The notes below the pieces were generated by a model. That model had not been told where the DNA came from. It saw only the letters and a list, made by a program, of their open reading frames with translations, and did not search any database. The position numbers and the translations under genes were made by a program. This document shows, piece after piece, positions 16,647-20,000 of a DNA stretch of 20,000 nucleotides. How positions within the stretch are numbered: position 1 is the stretch's first letter; each line of letters opens with the position of its first letter. The DNA lies in IMG/VR virus record IMGVR_UViG_3300036857_000120; one strand, written 5' to 3'. The DNA is from an uncultured virus (IMG/VR IMGVR_UViG_3300036857_000120). Its lineage: Duplodnaviria > Heunggongvirae > Uroviricota > Caudoviricetes.

Positions 16647-19600
16647 ATGGCCGGGACACCGTTCTCCGAGATTCGGATCACCGACGAGGTCTCGGCAAAA
16701 TACGAGAACATGCGGCGCGGTTTGCGCGCGCGCGATCAATCCGTCGGCTTCCCGAAAACCATCGCGGCGGTCAAGGGCCTCGAGCATTCGGTCGAGCGGC
16801 TCAATCACAGCATCGCGCGCTTCCTGGGATTGTCCGGGATCTCGACGCTCCTGGGCGCGGGGCTTGTTGGCGGGATCGTGCGCGCGACGCGCGCGATGGA
16901 GCAATTCGCGCAAGGCGGATTGCAACTGCGCTACAGCGCGAAGGAGATCGGTCTCACCGCGGAGCGATTGCGATATCTCACCGACGCAGGTCGCGTGCTC
17001 GGTATGTCGCAAGACGAGGCGCGGAGCGGGGTCGTCAATCTCGCGCGCGCGATGGAGAACCTCCGGACCGAGGGCCGCAACGCAAAGGAATTCAAGGAGC
17101 TCGCGCAAGGCAAGGGCGGCGAGGAGTTGGGCCGCAAGCTAATCCAGATCGTCAACGGTCCCGACGGGATCAATCGCGCGATGGAGTTTCTCGCGCGGCG
17201 CACGCTCCAGATGGACCAGCGCGCGCAGACGTCGATCAAAAACATATTCGCGCAACCGTCCGTCGCGTGGGCCGAAGCGTTCAATGTGAAAGGATTGCAC
17301 GAGGTCAACGAGGGCAACCTCGAGGACATGAAAAAATACTCGCTCGCATGGGTCAACCTGGAGCGCACTTGGTACAATACGAAGGTCACTCTCGGACAAG
17401 CACTCCTCCCGGCGTTCACGTCGCTCCTCAACGTCACGCAACAATATCTCAACGGACCAGGTCGAGGTCTCGTTAGGCAATTCGCCGACTGGCTCAAATC
17501 GATAAAGCCGGAGGACATTCGCGCTTTCGCGCAAGGCGTCCGCTCGTCCATGGACGCATTCGTCGAGGGCGTCAAAAAGCTCTGGCCTTGGCTCCAGGCG
17601 ATAGACAAATTCGTCACCGAAAATCTCGGCGGCTGGAAGACGATCCTCGTATCGGTCTTCGTCCCCGCGCCGATCCTCTGGCTCACGAGATTCGGCGGCG
17701 CGCTCGCCAAGATCGGCACGCTCGCATGGGTCGTCTCCGCCATCGCGGGCGTTGCGATGCTCTCGCCCGCGGCCGGAGGCGAGGCCGCGCCATTGGGCGG
17801 CGCTCCGCGTCCAGGAGCCGAGGGCGGAGGCGGCGGCGGCGGCAGAGGCGGCGACAACACTCTCCCGGAGATCACGGTCACCCCGGACGACGTCCCGATC
17901 CCGCGGCCTCGACCTCCGCAACAGCAACGGCGCGGCGATCTCGGCGGCCGGATCCAACTCGCGGGTCTAGGCATTCCGACCGGGATCACGCTTCCCGACG
18001 AGGAGGGAAACTTTCCAAGCTCCTCCGGTCGCGGGACGACGACGCGCCAGGAGATCGCGAGCCTCCGACAGGATCGCGAGATCACGAAGGATCTGTCCGC
18101 GGTCGTCGAGACCACGACGCAAAAGGTCGCCGCGCTTAACGAGGTCATCTCGAAACTCCCGGTCACCGATGCGACCGGCGCGGGCCGGATCGCGGCCATC
18201 GCCGGAGCGATCTCCAGGGGCGGCGGAGGGGGCGGCGGAGGATTCGCGCCGCGCGGCGGAGGCGGAGGAGGGAGAGAGCCAAGTCCAGGCGGGGGGCCGC
18301 GCCGGGGCGGCGGCGGAGGCCGCGGGCCACGACCGAGCCGGAGCGATCCGCAACCGCGCTCGCCATCCACGACCAGCGATCCGGGCCGACGGCCCGCGGG
18401 CGACACGACCGGCCGCATCGAAGGCGGTCAATTGCCGACGCGGCAAGAACTTGCCGACAAATCAATCCCCGCGGGCGAACGGTTTAATAACCCGTTCAAT
18501 ATGTGGCACGACAAATATGCCGAGCAACAGGGCGGCGTCCCGGGAATCAAGATCACGCCATACGACACGCCCGCGATCTTCCCTAGCAAGATGGCGGGCG
18601 CTGCCGCCGCGATCCGCAAGATGGCCGAAAGCCCGTTGTATTCGGGCAAAACGATGTGGGACTTGATCGCCCAATGGGTCGGGCACGGTACGTCCTACGC
18701 GCCGATCATCGCGAAAGCCATCGGCGTCCCGGTCACGACCAGGATCACGCCCGAATTTTTGATGAGCGAGAAGGGCCTCGAGTTTCTCAAAACGATGGCG
18801 CGCTATGAAACGAAATGGGAGCGCGCTTATCCGTTGACCGACGAGCAATGGCGCGCCGCGCGCGATGCTGCATTCAAGCGGCCAGCGGCAAATCAGCAAA
18901 ATCCGCCAGCGCAACAGAACCAACCTCCGGCGCAACAAAATCAACCGCCAGCGCAACAGAACCAAGGACCGCAACAGTCCGCCACCCAGTCGCAACCGGG
19001 CTTGATCCAATATGAAAACTTCCCGGCATTCCGGACCAGGAATAATCGGGAGGTCGAAAACTTCGTCGGCTTCCAGCGCGCGGTCCAGAATATGTCGCCG
19101 GAGTTTCGCGGGCGGATCTCGGCGGCGATGCGTGACATGCCGGAAGATGTGCGCCGGAGCTTCATCATCAATGAGGGCTGGCGCACGTTTCAATATCAAG
19201 CCTATCTCAAACGGGCTGGACGATACGCCGCGCCGCCTGGACATTCCCGCCACGAGATCGGCGAGGCTATCGACGTTGACGAGGGACCGGCGCGCGATTG
19301 GCTCCGCAAGTATGGATGGAGATATGGGATCGAAGGCATCCGCGGCGACGCTCCGCATTTCCAATTGTCGCGACGATATCGCGGACCGCCGTTCGCGGGG
19401 CAGGATCCGGGCGCGCGCCAAAAGCCGATAATCGATCCGCATAAGGTTATCTGGACGAATATGCCCGATGACGGGACCGCGCCGGAGGGACGTTTCCGCG
19501 CGCGGCAGACGCGGCACCAGATTCAGATGAAGATCAATATCCGCGGCGGTCGCAACGTGCGCGTCGGGAGCTCGTCGGACAATCTCGACATGACGGTCCA

Positions 19601-19655
19601 GCGCGAGAAAGAAATGGACCCGACCGGCGGCGGTCGCATCCAGTCCCCGGGATGA
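16647..19655 (+). CDS. Tape-measure-like protein 2 with an NNPxN lysozyme-like domain and an M15 (VanY-like) peptidase domain
   Basis: N-half is paralogous to 14355-16640, followed by Gly/Pro/Gln-rich linkers. GERFNNPFNM...AIFPS..AG...MARYE at about 18474-18870; INEGWRT..YQ...AAPPGHSRHEIGEAIDV...WL...G.RYG....DAPHFQ at about 19092-19368. Confidence 0.8.
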   Translation: MAGTPFSEIRITDEVSAKYENMRRGLRARDQSVGFPKTIAAVKGLEHSVERLNHSIARFLGLSGISTLLGAGLVGGIVRATRAMEQFAQGGLQLRYSAKEIGLTAERLRYLTDAGRVLGMSQDEARSGVVNLARAMENLRTEGRNAKEFKELAQGKGGEELGRKLIQIVNGPDGINRAMEFLARRTLQMDQRAQTSIKNIFAQPSVAWAEAFNVKGLHEVNEGNLEDMKKYSLAWVNLERTWYNTKVTLGQALLPAFTSLLNVTQQYLNGPGRGLVRQFADWLKSIKPEDIRAFAQGVRSSMDAFVEGVKKLWPWLQAIDKFVTENLGGWKTILVSVFVPAPILWLTRFGGALAKIGTLAWVVSAIAGVAMLSPAAGGEAAPLGGAPRPGAEGGGGGGGRGGDNTLPEITVTPDDVPIPRPRPPQQQRRGDLGGRIQLAGLGIPTGITLPDEEGNFPSSSGRGTTTRQEIASLRQDREITKDLSAVVETTTQKVAALNEVISKLPVTDATGAGRIAAIAGAISRGGGGGGGGFAPRGGGGGGREPSPGGGPRRGGGGGRGPRPSRSDPQPRSPSTTSDPGRRPAGDTTGRIEGGQLPTRQELADKSIPAGERFNNPFNMWHDKYAEQQGGVPGIKITPYDTPAIFPSKMAGAAAAIRKMAESPLYSGKTMWDLIAQWVGHGTSYAPIIAKAIGVPVTTRITPEFLMSEKGLEFLKTMARYETKWERAYPLTDEQWRAARDAAFKRPAANQQNPPAQQNQPPAQQNQPPAQQNQGPQQSATQSQPGLIQYENFPAFRTRNNREVENFVGFQRAVQNMSPEFRGRISAAMRDMPEDVRRSFIINEGWRTFQYQAYLKRAGRYAAPPGHSRHEIGEAIDVDEGPARDWLRKYGWRYGIEGIRGDAPHFQLSRRYRGPPFAGQDPGARQKPIIDPHKVIWTNMPDDGTAPEGRFRARQTRHQIQMKINIRGGRNVRVGSSSDNLDMTVQREKEMDPTGGGRIQSPG
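18903..18965 (+). repeat. 3 x 21-nt coding tandem repeat (PPAQQNQ)
   Basis: CCGCCAGCGCAACAGAACCAA / CCTCCGGCGCAACAAAATCAA / CCGCCAGCGCAACAGAACCAA; copies 1 and 3 are identical. Confidence 0.9.
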
Positions 19656-19659
19656 TCCC

Positions 19660-20000
19660 ATGGCCTCGATCCGCGATATCCATAACGTCTGGCGCGATGC
19701 GCTCGTCCCGGCCTCGTTCAAGGGCGCGCCGTTCCATGTCGAGACGAGCCAGCGCGCGGGCGGGCGGCGGACCGTCGTTCACACCTACCCAAAGCGCAAT
19801 GTTCCCTACTCCGAGGACATGGGCCGGGAGCCGACGCGCTGGACGTTCTCCGGATATCTCATTCATTTCGACAAGGGATTCCCGGGCAATCTCTTGTCGC
19901 AAATCGCGCAGCTCAACGCGGCGCTCGACAGCGATGACGCGGGCCTCCTGATTCATCCGTTGATCGGATCGATGCTCGTCATGTGCGAGCGATGGTCCTA
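19660..20000 (+). CDS. Mu gpN-like DNA circularisation protein, N-terminal part (runs off window)
   Basis: Translated by hand from ATG 19660: MASIRDIHNVWRDALVPASFKGAPFHVETSQRAGGRRTVVHTYPKRNVPYSEDMGR...LIHPLIG. This matches the DNA_circ_N pattern and the expected position after the tape measure. Absent from the ORF track. Confidence 0.9.
   Translation, partial: MASIRDIHNVWRDALVPASFKGAPFHVETSQRAGGRRTVVHTYPKRNVPYSEDMGREPTRWTFSGYLIHFDKGFPGNLLSQIAQLNAALDSDDAGLLIHPLIGSMLVMCERWS

Noticed and set aside
19652..19951. ORF-track 99-aa ORF
   Set aside because: Wrong frame; the gpN-like gene starts at 19660 and runs off the window.
11551..20000. Tailocin, eCIS or RcGTA-type gene transfer agent
   Set aside because: Capsid, portal and connector genes are present, so it is not headless; the contractile Mu-like tail is unlike RcGTA.

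Overview
The window is an apparently intact, GC-rich tailed-phage (or prophage) morphogenesis module, with all credible genes on the + strand. Head region in order: the 3' end of a GT9-like glycosyltransferase, a class I SAM methyltransferase, a stand-alone HK97-fold capsid paralogue, a structured intergenic region, a prohead protease-major capsid fusion, a small protein, an HK97-type portal (placed after the capsid), a collagen-like protein with 70 uninterrupted GXY triplets, two small ORFs and a head-tail connector. These are followed by a nuclease-like insert, neck/tail-completion genes and a Mu-like contractile tail: DUF2635-like protein, sheath, tube, chaperone with a -1 slippery site, two tape-measure-like genes and the start of a DNA-circularisation (gpN-like) gene. 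Most unusual points: (i) two paralogous tape-measure-like proteins in tandem that carry three different predicted peptidoglycan-hydrolase domains between them; (ii) two paralogous capsid genes, one translationally coupled to a glycosyltransferase and a methyltransferase; (iii) a shared stem-loop leader, with one compensatory base-pair swap, in front of both sheath and tube; (iv) an intergenic hairpin exposing CCUCCU next to an antisense terminator. All family assignments come from motif recognition by eye, not database searches. The host (possibly alphaproteobacterial) cannot be determined from this window.
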